NCBI GenBank assembly: GCA_951406725.2
Contig: OX597825.1
Span: 29,450,001 to 29,514,000, forward strand
Length of the DNA stretch: 64,000 bases
Source of the DNA: Octopus vulgaris
Taxonomy: Eukaryota
Reading direction: 5' to 3'
A model generated the notes under the pieces. It saw nothing but the letters and a program-made list of their open reading frames with translations, searched no databases and was not told the origin of the DNA. Each line of letters begins with the position of its first letter. Position 1 is the stretch's first letter. The translations under genes were made by a program, and so were the position numbers. Shown one piece after another: positions 27,712 through 42,360 of the stretch.

Positions 27712-28028
27712 GGAATGATGACGAGGGTCCCAGCTGATACAATGATACGATCAACGGAACAGCTTCCTCGTGAAATTAATGTACAAGTGGCTGAGCACTC
27801 TACAGACACATGTACCCTGAACATAGTTCTCAGGGAGATTTAGTGTGACACAGAGTGTGACAAGGCTGGCCCCTTGAAATACAGGAACCACTCATTTCTG
27901 CCAGCTGAGTGGACTGGCGAAATGTGAAATAAAATGCCTTGCTCAAGGACTCAACTCATCGCCAGGAATTGAACACATGACCCTATGATTGTGAACCAAA
28001 TGCTCTAACCCCTAAGCTATGCACCTTC
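27712..28028 (-). mobile_element. CORE-like tRNA SINE
   Basis: ccagctgagtggactgg...ccttgctcaaggac...ggaattgaac...ctctaacccctaagctatgcacc is a reversed CORE region and tRNA head. Confidence 0.8.
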
Positions 28029-28085
28029 ACATATATACACACACACACACATACATATACCTACCTACATACATACATACATACA

Positions 28086-28121
<36 letters not shown>

Positions 28122-28276
28122 TATATATGTTATACACACACACACACATATACACACATATATGTATAGATATATTTTTATCTCTCTTTCTCCCTCTGTA
28201 TATGTACATGCACACACACACACATATAACACACGCATATATATATATAAATATATATACATATATATATATATAC

Positions 28277-28307
<31 letters not shown>

Positions 28308-29425
28308 ATATATAATATATAATATATATATATATATTTATATTTATATAATATATTCATAGTATATATATATATAGTGTGTATATATATATATATTAAT
28401 TGTATATGAATTATATGAACATAAGTTAGTGTTTGTTCTGGTTTTGAAAATCCTGTTCAGAGTTTTTATTTTCATTTTAAAGTAATTATTATAGGCATAA
28501 TAACTTGATCGACTTTAGTAGTTCTGTGATTAGTAAGAAAGTTATAACCAATACCTTATATGTTTTCCAGTTTCATATCATGAGATTGTAGCTTCTGAAT
28601 GTAAATTCTTAATTACAAATCAGGAACTCAACGTCACATATTAATGTCAAACCACAGTAGATCTCACATTATGGGTTATGATAATTACAATTGTCTGGAA
28701 ATGGTGGAAATGATAAGAGAAATTTCAACAATATTTTATTCCAACCACAATGCGGTGCCACAAAATTTTCCAATTAACCACTGTACGCATTTGTTTTTGT
28801 ACCTGAATAGTCAATCGTATTCTAAAGGAGAAACCATAAAATTGTTGAATTTCCAACCCATGTTTGATATCAACTGACACAGAAATATTGGAAAATATTA
28901 TATCGGAGTTGTTGATAACACAAGAGTAAGTTGAAGCCTTTCAGTTTCAAGATGAATATTTTCCCTGACTTTTAATCAAACCTTACATAGTGACTTGGCT
29001 ATATAGCACAATGTTGAATCATTCAAGAGAAATATTGGCAGAAAATATCTGTTGAATTCACCATGAAATTATTTTAGTATCTTGTTATATTTCCCTTGAA
29101 AGTTTACATTGTTGTCATGAAGGGTATGTAAATTTAACAAAAGTTACAATAAAAATATATCTTTGAACTTTTTTTTTTCAGATTATTTTTCTTTGTTCTT
29201 TTATCATTTTTTTTTTTGTTTTGTTTTGTTTTTTGCTTGTTTTCCTATTTCTGTTTTGGAAGGTATTTCTTTCTTGATCTTTGTTGCATTCAGCACTTCC
29301 TGCATTCATATCCCTCGTCATAAATTGTCAATTGTGTGGAAATGTTTGAAATCTAAAATGCAAACATATTTTACAAAGTCATGCACACATGTATGCATAC
29401 CTCCGTGCATATGCTCATAGCCACA

Positions 29426-29471
<46 letters not shown>

Positions 29472-29571
29472 AACACACACAAACTAATACAATAAAAGCA
29501 CTTATATGTGTAGACGATGGAAGAACAACAAACCAATAACAAAATATTCATTTCATAAAGAATATACATAC

Positions 29572-29661
<90 letters not shown>

Positions 29662-29719
29662 GTATAGAAATATACACATATAAATTATACATACATACAT
29701 ACACACATATATACATATA

Positions 29720-29812
<93 letters not shown>

Positions 29813-30931
29813 GAGAAAGAGATGCACATACATGCGGACACATATTTACACATAAATCTATCTATCTATGCATCTCTTTCTCTCTATCTTTCTACACACA
29901 CACACACACATGTATGCATGTATATACATACACAGTAAAATACAACATAAGTAAAATGTAAATAGTTAGTTTTACAATGGTTCTCTAAAATGTTTTTCGT
30001 AATAGCATTGTCCCAACTTATATATATATTTTCAGCCTTTGATGATTTGATTTTATTTAGATGGGAAGCTATGAAATATTTTGAAGACAAATAAAAGAAT
30101 TTTAATGCAATGGGTGGGGTGAGGAATGCAGTGAACGTGGGGATATTAGTTGTGAAAAAAAAAATGGAAGAGAGAAGAAAAGATTAAAATATTGACCAAA
30201 AAGTAGAAATCTTAGTTATGGCCCAGAAAATATTTGTAATATCTCAGACCTATTATCTCAGTTTGACATCTTTGAGTTATGAAAAAGAAAAAAGAACTCT
30301 TTGTATTCAAAATATTTTTTTATATATATTCTCAAGATGGCTATCTTTATTCTGATATATCAAATGCAATAAAAAAATTTTTTTTCAACTTATATGTAAA
30401 TTTTATATTCATATTGATCAAAAGTAATAGATTCTAACCTACATAGACAACATTCAAAGCTGTGTTTTGGCATCTCCTAAATTATAGCTTTTTTTTGTTT
30501 TTCTCTTTATTATCGCTATGAATTCACAATAACAATTTAGATTCCAAATTTACTCATGAGAATAATATTAGAATAAAAGAACTGTAACTTTTCTAATACC
30601 GCAATAGTAGTGCTACTGTTCAGAAAATAGTTTTAGCAGTTATAGATATATTACACCAGTAATTAATTAATTCATTTATCAATCAATCAATTTATTAATT
30701 CAATGATGAGACAGCATGACAAGTGTTTAGGTTGTGAACTTGTTGACCATGATGAGCATGAAATGTCATTCATTGATGAGTAACCCTTGGTTACATGTAC
30801 TATGCTGTCATAAATTGATTCAGGTGTCTATGTAGTCACAAGTAGACATACACCTCTCACAACCCCACCATCCTTGCTCAAATGGCACATTCAGTATGCG
30901 ATAGCTGGAGGGCACAAGTATCTTACTGGTA

Positions 30932-31162
30932 GGTTGCGAGCTGGCAGAATCGTTAGAATGCCGGGCGAAATGCTTAGAAGTATTTCATCTGCTGCTATGT
31001 TCTGAGTTCAAATTCCACCAAGGTTGACTTTGCCATTCATCCTTTCGGGGTCGATTAAATAAGTACCAGTTACACACTGGGGTCGATATAATCGACTTAA
31101 TCCGTTTGTATGTCCTTGTTTGTCCTCTCTGTGTTTAGTCCCTTGTGGCTAGTAAAGAAATA
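30932..31162 (+). mobile_element. SINE family B, full length
   Basis: ggttgcgagctggcagaatcgttag...gagttcaaattcc...tagtaaagaaata. Confidence 0.9.
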
Positions 31163-31516
31163 GGTATTCATTTAAAAGTGAATAGAATGGAGTAATGGGG
31201 AATTAAGTGCCTTGCTCAAGGACACAACATGCTACTCAGTTCAGCAATTGATTACCATTGCCTTATGGTCATGAGCTGAACACTCCGACCGTTAGACCAC
31301 AGACCTTCACCATGACTATTAGGTTGGACATTATGTAGACCCCTGAACACAGCATGCAATCCTGCTTGCTTGTATTTGACAATTTAAACAAAAGAACAAA
31401 ACCGTTGAATGGTTAGCAGAAGAAATGACATCCAAGAAAACAAGAATAATGTAAAACAATAAAACCCCACCAAAATGTGTGACTGAGCATTCAGCATGCT
31501 AATATAGTTATCACAT

Positions 31517-31705
31517 TGTTATGGTTTCAATAACAGCTAGCTGTAAGTCATTGCTGTGACTGTGGTTCTTAAAGTACTGGTTATGGTGTTATGATTTCAA
31601 AATGTGTTAGCTATAAGCCTTTGCAGTGACTGAGTTTAAGGTTCTAAGATACTGATCACTTTGTTGTGATTTCAATGAGCGCCAACTACAAACCATCGCA
31701 GTTTG
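31517..31705. repeat. Diverged 70-75 bp tandem repeat, about 2.6 copies
   Basis: Units start tgtt(a/g)tg(g/a)tttcaa at 31517, 31587 and 31662. Confidence 0.7.
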
Positions 31706-32611
31706 ATTTTACTGTGTCCGTTGGACAATAAATTAGATTTCATTTCTACTTTACATTTCATTGATGTTAGAAAGGATATCTAAAGACAAAGTCCATTGCT
31801 ATAGTAATATCAATGAACATTCCTATCTTTATAGGTGAATGTTGAATTCACCATGAAATTATTTTAGTATCTCTTATATTACTTTTGAATGGTTACATTG
31901 TTGTCACAAAGGATACATAAATTCAATAATAATTTGTTGGATCTTCATGCTTCCTTCAGGATGAATCAATCAGGGAGCCCCAAGTTCTCTTCCAACATGA
32001 TTCACTGTCAAGGTTCACTATCTCAGCCTTCACTTCTTTGCTGATGCTTACATGCAGTAAGAGTTTATCTGGCTGTTATTTTCAGCTGTGTGTACTGGAC
32101 CAATTTGAAGTGAAGTGCCTTCTTCAAGAACCAACCTCAGTCTTGTCCAAGAATCAAACCCATGTTTTAACAGTCATGTGGCCAACATTCTTACCATTAT
32201 GCTACATGTTTTTCAAAAATATGCAGATATCTCAATTTACAAAATACCATCTCAGATTCTAGCATCAAAGAATGAAGGAAAAATTGTGATAAAAAAAAAG
32301 TTACAGAAGTCTGAACATTATGCAATACAGTTCAGACTTACCATGAAAGCTTGCAATAATGGCCATATAGTCACAAATTTGCAGATTTATGACACACAGA
32401 CAGTTTCAAAAACACAGCACCAAAAGTATTTCAAATTATGACAAGTTAAGCTGGATGAATAAGATTTATAAGAATATATACGAGTTGTAATGAAGAATCT
32501 TGAGGGTTATTAGCTGTGGAAATATAGTGGTAAATATCACAACCTGCTAAGTGGTAGACCAGGGTTTCATTCCCTACCAGGGAGGCACTTGTTGCTTTTT
32601 TTTTGTGCATG

Positions 32612-32684
<73 letters not shown>

Positions 32685-32862
32685 GAAATTTTGTTAAGCA
32701 CAAGATGCAGTTTATATAGTTTATTTTCAAAAGTGAATACCTAGTAGGCATTTGTTGATAAGAAAACATCAACAAAATTTACTGTCTCTAACTCAGAAAA
32801 ATCATTTTATGTAGAGTGCTGACTGTAAACATTCATACTCATACACATGCATATATCATCAA

Positions 32863-32904
<42 letters not shown>

Positions 32905-33301
32905 TTAATATCTGTTTTCCATGCTGGCATGGGTTGGATGGTTTGACCAGAGCTGGCAAGCAGGATATATATATATACATATATATCATAGTATCAGTAT
33001 CAACTATGCTGTTGGATGTTGTTATACATCGCTGTTCACAATGCACTTAAAATTTTGCACAGACATGTAAAAAGTAATAGACGCCATCATCTTTAAAAGA
33101 TTTTTTCAAGAAACAAAATAGGGTAATTTGATGAGGTTAAATATTCAATCTCATATTTAGCAGATGCACTAACAAGCTTGCAGCACCAGGTAGTGCCTGC
33201 ACAGAAAGAATGGAATAGTGAGGAGTGTTCATTTATTTTTGAGTTGCCTATACTTAAATACATATACATACATACATACATACATACATACATACATACA
33301 T

Positions 33302-33350
<49 letters not shown>

Positions 33351-33353
<3 letters not shown>

Positions 33354-33500
33354 ACAATTCACAAAAAACAAAAGACAAAGACTGGTGGTGTAGAGAACAA
33401 ACAGATGTATTAGTTTAATGCTCAGGAAGGGGAAAAGTCTTTAACGTTTCAAGCCTATGCTCTTCCACAGAAAGAAACAAGGAGAGACCATCAAGAATTT
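33351..33500 (-). mobile_element. Penelope-like terminal repeat at the edge of (TA)n
   Basis: Homologous to 43631-43812; carries a hammerhead motif. Confidence 0.65.
33437..33474 (-). ncRNA. Minimal type I hammerhead motif, A6U core variant
   Basis: CTTT-CTGTGGA-A-GAGC-ATAG-GCTT-GAAA-CG-TT-AAAG. Confidence 0.65.
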
Positions 33501-33845
33501 GTAGTGGCTCGGGCATGATTTTAAAATGGGAAGAGAAGAGAAAGAAAGGAGAAAAAAGGGGAAAAATAGGGTGGGGGAGAGAAGGTAAATAAAGACAAGG
33601 GGAGGAAAATTTACAAAAAAAATTTAGAAAGTATAAAAAAGTTACGTAAAGTTCAAAAGGTTCAAAAGCTTCACGTATGCATATATATTAATTGAAGTGT
33701 ACAGTATTGTATATCCATTACAGCTGATCTTATCGATCAGGTTTGCACACGGGGTTCAAAGAGTGTTAGACAACTGTCTGATTATGTAACCTTGTACTCA
33801 TCAGAAATGGCAGTGTTCTTTCCAGATTTATGGATTCTTAGACAG

Positions 33846-33882
<37 letters not shown>

Positions 33883-34012
33883 TGCACATACAATGTGTTT
33901 TCTGCACTTTCTATCTACCAAATTAACTCAGAAGACACTAGTTGACCTGAGTCTAGTAGAATTTTTTCTAATATTCTTTTCAGTCTGTGAATTCACCACC
34001 ACAATAATGATG

Positions 34013-34035
34013 ATGATAATAATAATAATAATAAT

Positions 34036-34095
<60 letters not shown>

Positions 34096-34153
34096 AATAA
34101 TAATAATAATAATAACAATAATAATAATAATAATAATGATAATAATAATAATA
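34013..34153. repeat. (AAT)n(AAC)n(AAT)n compound microsatellite
   Basis: Visible directly. Confidence 0.95.
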
Positions 34154-34559
34154 ATGCATAACCAAATTGCGAATTTCTGTCCAACCAGTTCAACGATCTA
34201 ACTACTGGTGCAGGCTGAAGTCCTTATATTTCATTTCTACTGCTGTTTTGGGAATTGCATGAATGCCACAACTTCCTGTTTTTTATCTGATATATATAAC
34301 TGAACGAATTTTAAAATAATAAAAAAAAATACACTTAAATAAATTTTGCCAAAAGTAAGTAAACTTTTGCCTTACACTTGACCAAACTGCACTAATCTTT
34401 CTTCCCTGTGTTTTCCTCCAAACATATGGACATCTTCTAGCAGTTTAGGAATTTGGCTGCTTTTCCACTTTCTACTTGCCACAAAATATTCTTCAGTTAA
34501 GATGGAAAATAGCCTTCAGTGAGAAATAAAGAATGAAAGTGCAGCAAGAGCAAGAAAAG

Positions 34560-34835
34560 CTTTAACAATGATTCGATGACATGCTCCACTTGTTAAGGAA
34601 AAATTTCTAGTTGATTAGCAATATGTTAAACCACCAGTTCTACAAAGCTACCATGCCTCAGCAGGTCTCTTGTGGCTTCAGCCAAAATCCTTCAAAGAAC
34701 GATTAGCTCTTTCACCCGTACCATCGAAGACTGGAATGCAAAAGATTGCGTAGATAACATACAGGCATTATTTTGGGGGAGAGCTATCGGAAGTACGGAA
34801 CATTATATGCTACAGTATAAGATAGAATAGAAGAC
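34560..34835 (+). mobile_element. CR1/L2-group LINE 3' remnant
   Basis: About 34708-34740 translates SFTRTIEDWNA, like the CR1 ORF2 terminal motif SFF.RTI..WN.L. Confidence 0.55.
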
Positions 34836-34949
34836 TGCAAGAACTAGAATGGGTTAACATGCAACTTACTTTATGCAGTGCAAATAAACCGTGTAGACAT
34901 AGGCATAAAAGTATGAACCACTTGGAAAGTATTTGCATGCAAATTATTC

Positions 34950-35012
34950 ATATATACACCTATATACATATACACAATGTATGTATATATATATACATAT
35001 ATATATATATAC

Positions 35013-35057
<45 letters not shown>

Positions 35058-35156
35058 TATATATACATATATATATATACATATATGCACACATATATAT
35101 ATATACATACATATATATATATACATATATATATATATACACATATATATATATAC

Positions 35157-35188
<32 letters not shown>

Positions 35189-35390
35189 GTGTGTGTGTGC
35201 ATGTGTATGTATATATATATTTATATGTATATGTGTGTGTGTATGTATGTATGTATGTATCAAAAAGAAAGTTACATGCATGCTCATATATTGTACATGT
35301 GTAGGGTCTTTATTAAAATGCTCTGATACACTTTAAGAATATAGTGTATGTGTATATATGCATATATATGCATATATATGTATGCATATA

Positions 35391-35461
<71 letters not shown>

Positions 35462-35817
35462 ATGTATATGTATGTATGTGAATGTATATGTGTGTGTGTA
35501 TGTATGTATAGTTGAGGCCCATTTAAAAAAAATATTTCTTTATATATGGGATAAATGTCAGAATAATATGATGATAAATAAATATAACAACAATACAGGC
35601 AATAATACAGTAAGAACTACTATAACGAAATCTCAAGAGAACTGTTGTATTTTGTAAGAGGGAGGGAGTGAATATGTGACAGTTTTGACAGATTCTTGTA
35701 CTAAAAGCTTCAATGATCCAATGATCATAAAGTAATTTTACTTTTTAGAAATTTATACATACATATATATTTGGGTGTGTATCTCTATTTGTGTGTTTGC
35801 ATAAGCATATACATACA

Positions 35818-35884
<67 letters not shown>

Positions 35885-35924
35885 ACATACATAACCACAT
35901 ATATACATATATATGTGTATGAAT

Positions 35925-35982
<58 letters not shown>

Positions 35983-36235
35983 GTATACATATATATATAT
36001 GTATACATACATATATATACATATATATATAGATATATATACATATGTGTATATGCATATGTGTTGTGAATGGACGGATGGTCTGTGGGTATATATGTGT
36101 GCTTATATATATATACACACACACACACACATATATATATATGTATATATACACTTATATATCTATATATATACATACATATATACATATGTGTGTGTGT
36201 GTGTGTGTATGCTTGTGTGCATGTATGTGTGTGTA
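34950..36235. repeat. Large (TA)/(TACA)/(TG) low-complexity cluster
   Basis: Visible directly; explains the YI/HT/CV ORFs. Confidence 0.9.
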
Positions 36236-37481
36236 GTTGTACACTTGCGTGAATGTGTCTCTATATCACTAAAGATATCGAACAACACAAAAGAAAATCC
36301 GTGACTCACGGATAAATTCTCTTTTCCATCAAGCAACAACAACAACAACAACAACAACAGTAGCAGCAACAGCAGCAGCAGCAGCAACATTGATTCTAAC
36401 TCCTGGAAATTCTCTGTACTACCAAATAACAATGACAAAACTAACAATTATAACATGAACATTTTAAATCATGGTTAAATAGTGAGTTGCAGCAATGCCA
36501 GTCTCTCATGTCACTCAGTTCTTGTTTGTGTGTTGTTGTTGTTTTTCTTTTGTATGTGTGAGTGTAGTTCCGTGTGTACATGTCTCTGAATTTATCTGTG
36601 TGTGTGTGTGTGTCTGTGTGTGTGTGTGCAATTATATGTGTCTATTGAGATTTGTGTTTGTGTGTGAGCATGTGCGTAAATGTCAATGTCTGTTCATGCC
36701 TGTATGTGTGTGTGTCTGTTTAAATCTGTTGTGCTAAAGATTGGGTGTCTGTTTATTGGTGGTGTGTATTCATGTACATGTGGGTTTTAAAATGGTTCTA
36801 AGTCAAGGAGCAAGAGCAGGGAAGGAGAAGGAGAAAGAGTGACAAAATGAAAGACAGATAGACAGAGAATAAGTAAGGACCATATGTCTGTATGGTTGGA
36901 TATTTGACCATCTGTAAGTGTACGTAACTGTGCATGTGTTTATGTGTTTGTACAAACATCTGTACTGATCAGTGATTGCATGGATGTGTTTGTCGATGTT
37001 TGTGTAGATTTAATGTTTGAACAATGTGAGGTTGAATATTTGTACATCCATGTATATTTTAAAGTAGTTGTAAGACAAAGTGAAAGCAGGAAAGAAAAAA
37101 AAAACAAGAGAGATTTGGAAAGAATGCATGTGGGTGCATCATATGTCTGAGGCTTCAACTAAGTATGTATGTGTGTGTAAAACAGACAAGCATAGATGGA
37201 AGTGAAGTGAAAGAGGGATGGCTATAGTTTTATTTAAATTTTCATTAGTTTCTGTACTGGAGTTATCGTCAGTAATTGTTCAGTTAAATATTTCAGGAAA
37301 AATTTAATGTTGATGTATGTATGCTTGTTGAGTGAATGCATACGTATTTATATACATTCATGCATATACATACATATGCTTATTTATATATATAAATATA
37401 TATATACACACACATATATCTATACATAAATACATACATACATATAAACATACATATATGTGTATATACATACATGCACAT

Positions 37482-37547
<66 letters not shown>

Positions 37548-39143
37548 ATATGTAAATAGATGAATATAATGTTCATATGTGTCATTTTATATATGTATGT
37601 ATATTGTTGACACCTCAGCAAAACAAGATTAAAACCTGAGAATCCTCGACTTGTTAAATGTAAATATCACAATGAACAGGACTGGCTTCAAATTGTCTTT
37701 CCTAACTTTTACTTTTTTCTATTTCTATTTTAATAAATTTTTTACTGAATTTAAATATTTTCCACCCACCTCTGCCACTCTCTCTCTCTCTCTTCTCCTC
37801 TCTTTCACTTTCAATAATTATTCTTTCTTTATTTTAGTCTTCAATACTGAATTTTGATATACACGAGACTTACATGTGTTCACATTTACAAACAGAAATA
37901 ACCATGTGGCTCATAAACAATTGTATACATACATACATGTACATACACACACACACACATATATATATACATACTTATATATCTATGTGTGCATATATGT
38001 ATACATATATAAACATATATAGTTATATGCATGGGTATATACATACACACATATATATACACATACAATATGACATCTGTATATGTATATATATACATAT
38101 ATATGCGCATATATGCACATATATATGTTTAAATATATATATATATATTTATATATACATATATATATATATATATACATACATATATATACATATATGT
38201 ATATATACATGTATGTATACACACACACACACACATATACAGGCATACTTATAGGTACACAGCTACTTGCTCACATGGAAATAAGCAATTACCAGATGTA
38301 TGTATAATGCACACATGAACACAATCATGTTTGGACAAATGCACAGTCATGTGCACATCCATGTATGTGCATACTTTCCCTCCAATTACACACACACACA
38401 AACTTGATATACACTCTCTCTCTCTATATATATATATACACATGTTAGGTGTGCAAACAGAAACTTACACTATGTTCACACTAGCAACACACAGACTGTA
38501 ATACAATTCCTTAAACAGGCCACTGTCGCCACATAGATTTGAGAACAAGACTTACTACACATCTGCACATGCTTGTACAGATGCATACACCACACACTCA
38601 TACACACAAACATACACACTGAAGCAAATCAATATGCGAACTCTCTTAAATGGAAATTGCAGTGACATTCTAAATTTCTTTCTTAAACAGCCCAGATTGT
38701 AGTGTGCTTATGATGGTGTTCTTTTTCGGTATATTTTCATTTCAAGGATACCAATTCTGTAAGCCATACATATACTTCCTTCATGTCGGTTGCTTGACTT
38801 GCCTCTTTAAAAAAAATATATATATTTCTTATTTACCTTATTTTCTTATATTTCATTTTGTTTTCTTTTAATTTTATTTGGTTGTATTTTTGCTTTAGAA
38901 TAAATGTTTGAGCTATTGTTATTACCCACAATTTAACAAGGGATACATTTAATGGAATTTATACCTACATTGCAGAAAGATTTGTTGGTGTGGAAATTAA
39001 GTCTTGTTTGTTTGTCTTTTTTCTTTTTCTCATGAAACTGGAAATTTTCTGAGATTTCGTATTTTCGTATATGATAATAAACAATTCTGTTGTGTCTGGG
39101 GAGAGTCATTTTCTTTTTGTGCCTTATAATGTAACACACTCAC

Positions 39144-39423
39144 CGGTAAAATTTCGACTTATTTCTTATTTTTATTTTCCTAAAATTTTCGTTGTGTCTT
39201 GCAACCTTTTTAATAGTCTTGAATATGTTTCAACAGAATATGCTTCAATACGCGAACTCATATAAAGAATCTTGCAAACCAAATCCAAAAACGAAATATA
39301 ATAAACAATGTATCACCATTAATACAATGCTGTTTCTTTGCAGTCTTCTGCCAAAGCGTATTCTGACATCTGGACATATTTTATGTATACACTGACTGTA
39401 AATAAAATACCACCGTTCATATA
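39144..39423 (-). promoter_or_regulatory. Candidate TATA/Inr promoter and 250-nt non-coding first exon
   Basis: Minus strand TATATGAA starts exactly 30 nt upstream of the A of TCAGT (39393); donor CCG|GTGAGT at 39144; several retained CpGs. Confidence 0.4.
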
Positions 39424-39546
39424 AATGGTGTCATTTGCTTACATTCCTCTGAGAAAGTATGTGCAGGTTTCTTAATATGTCTTAATATGTGAACACTGAT
39501 TGCAAACGAAGTATCACCAGTTACACAAAAGGTGTAATTTGCATAG

Positions 39547-39706
39547 GCATAGGAGTGGCTGTGTGGTAAGTAGCTTGCTTACGAACCACATGGCTCCGGG
39601 TTCAGTCCCACTGCATGGCACCTTGGGCAAGTGTCTTCTACTATAGCCCCGGGCCAACCAAAGCCTTGTGAGTGGATTTGGTAGACGGAAACTGAAAGAA
39701 GCCCGT
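39547..39706 (+). mobile_element. SINE family A, 5' half, followed by (GAT)n
   Basis: ggcataggagtggctgtgtggtaag...gaaactgaaagaagcccgt. Confidence 0.9.
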
Positions 39707-39859
39707 GAGAATGATAATTATGAAGATGATGATGACGATGATGATAATGATGATGGCGATGACAACAACGACATTGACAGTGATAATCATGAGGACAATG
39801 ACTTTAATGATGGAGCATGATGATGATGATGATGATGATGATGATGGTGATGGTGATGG

Positions 39860-39891
<32 letters not shown>

Positions 39892-40180
39892 GTGATGGTG
39901 ATGATGATGATGATGATGATGATGACAATTTTTTTGTCAAAACTTGTTAATAAATGAAACACTGTTGTTATGAAGACAAATATATAGCCGAGAGGTTAAT
40001 AAGATTATTACTAACACAGACCATTCCTAACCTACAACATATATATAAACTACATTATATATATGTAACTGTTTATCTTTCACTACCTCTCCATCATCAT
40101 TGGTAACTATATTCATTTTTAGTATAGAAATAGCTGTTTCATTTTGTACTCTACAAATTACCCTGTATCGTCTTGGTTTT

Positions 40181-40794
40181 GTCTTCTTCTTGTCTTGAGA
40201 CAGCATTCACCTGGGGTGGGTTGAGCTGGCTTCATTCATCCTCAACGCTGCATCTCTCACAAACGCCAACCAGGCCTGGCGATCTGAGACTAACGACCTT
40301 GTGATCTCCCACCACTCCTTATTCCACCGGCGAATGCTGTAGACATGGGGGCCTAGGTTGGGTTCCAGATCAGCCTTGACTGTCATCAGCCAGGTTTTTC
40401 GTTGTCCACCACATCGCTTTCGCCAACCCTGAAGGGGAGCTGAGGCAATTGCCCCATTGTCCCCTAAAGTCCAACCCCTCCTCATTCTGGTAAGGGGGTG
40501 AAATTGGAGTGTCAGAGCTATGCTGTCAGAGACTTCGGTTTCTGGTAGGGCCACCCTAGGCGGATTGTTCTGATACCCAGTGGTATCAGGGCCACACCCA
40601 GCTAACAAGGCTCTGGTGAACAGAAGCATCTGATCCGGCAACCGGCGGCTTCAACCCTTTCTGTCCCTGCATCTGTAGAAAATCTACAGCAAATAAGACA
40701 TTCTCCCAACAGGGATATACTTGCGGCTGGGGACCACTAGCGAAATTCCTATTCCCAAGATCCTTAAAAATTCCTCCTTCAAACATTCCTCATA
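40181..40794. mobile_element. RTE LINE insertion: 3' end on the minus strand plus 5'UTR-like part on the plus strand
   Basis: Minus strand GWRKRCGGQRKTW...DRQAW.AFVRDA* with a CAAGA-repeat tail; plus strand gagctatgc...gtagggccaccc resembles RTE/BovB 5' UTR; TSD TCTTGGTTTT at 40171-40180 and 40795-40804. Confidence 0.75.
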
Positions 40795-41549
40795 TCTTGG
40801 TTTTAATATCTGTTTGACACCAGTTGAAGAAGTAAAATGAAAACAGTAGACTGCTAAAATAAATTATTTAACAACATTTTACTAAGAAATCTCTCAATTA
40901 AGAGTTCAATTCTATCTGAAGTTTCTACTTTTCTTTCCAGTTCTTCCCAATTGATAGCACTAAATACATGTTAAGCTTGGGAGTCAATTCAATTCACACT
41001 CTCTTCGCTAAAAGAAATCAATAATTTTTTATTACTATTATTGAAATTTGTTTATGCCTAAGCTTGTGAATTCTTAATAAATATTTGGAAAGGTGTGAAC
41101 TTCACAAATTCCCATTTCCCTCCTCCTAAACATCTTAGTTTTTATTCCGATGTAAAACCAACATTATTCAAAAAGTTATTGCTATAAACAACTCTATTGA
41201 TTTCTTTTTTCACTTCTCCTTCTACTCCATTGATATTTCATTTAGTTATGTTTCATAGATCTTTTTTTTCACTCTTTTTCTTTATTTTTAAATAGTGTAA
41301 AGAGTTTTGCTATCACTAGATTTACATCATTAGTAATGTAATTAATGGCAAAATTAGATAGAAATTGAAGAATTTCTTGTAATTTTCTGCTTTTCATATA
41401 CACTTTGTTGTCTTTTTTTCCCCCCTCTTCACCAGATCTAAAACTAATAGGATAATAACTGATTCCGTTGTTAAGTGTGGAACTATAAAAGATAAATCAT
41501 ACACTTACTGTTTTGTTTTCCATTCATGAATAATCAAATTATACATACA

Positions 41550-41601
<52 letters not shown>

Positions 41602-42083
41602 TACATACATACATACATACATACATACTTACATACATACATACATATATACATATATAAATATGTATGGACATATATATATATAAACATATAAACACAT
41701 ATATATATAAACATATAAACACACACATATATATATATATATATAGATATATATCTATATAAACATGTATATATATATATATACACACACACACACATTT
41801 ATATTCTAGAATTTGGTGGCTCTCAATACAGTAAGGAAAAAATAAGAAGATATTTACTATCAATTTGTGTTCATCATCAAGTAGTCTGGTTACTGAGACA
41901 AGTTCTGCTATAGATTTTGATACACAAACATGATTTTTGTGAAAAACAAAATAAATCTAAGTTATGTGTGTAAATAACATATAGAATGGTTATAGATACT
42001 GTTAAAAAAAACAAAAAAAACTAGTCGTTCGAATATGTATCATAGGCAACTTTGAGTACTAGCTCCTATATCACATTTACCCT

Positions 42084-42360
42084 TCATCATCATCATCATC
42101 ATCATCGTCACCATCATCATAATCGTTATCATCAACATCATCGTCGTTATTGTCATCATTGTCATCATCATCATCATCATCGTCATCGTCATCATCATCA
42201 TCATCATCATCATCGTCATCGTCATCGTCCTCATCATCATCATCATTGTTGTTGTTGTCTCATTGCCGTCATCATTTTCACATCCATTTTAACGTCTGTC
42301 TTTTCCATGTTTGCATGAGTTAGATGGAATTCATTGAAACAGGTTTTCTATGGCTGGGCA
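42084..42360 (-). mobile_element. (CAT)n tract and degenerate SINE family D tail
   Basis: tttaacgtctgtcttttccatgtttgcatgagttagatgg. Confidence 0.6.

Noticed and set aside
40640-40760. HDV-like ribozyme suggested by tggtccccagcc...gggac on the minus strand
   Set aside because: I could not build P1, P3 and P1.1 with correct spacing.
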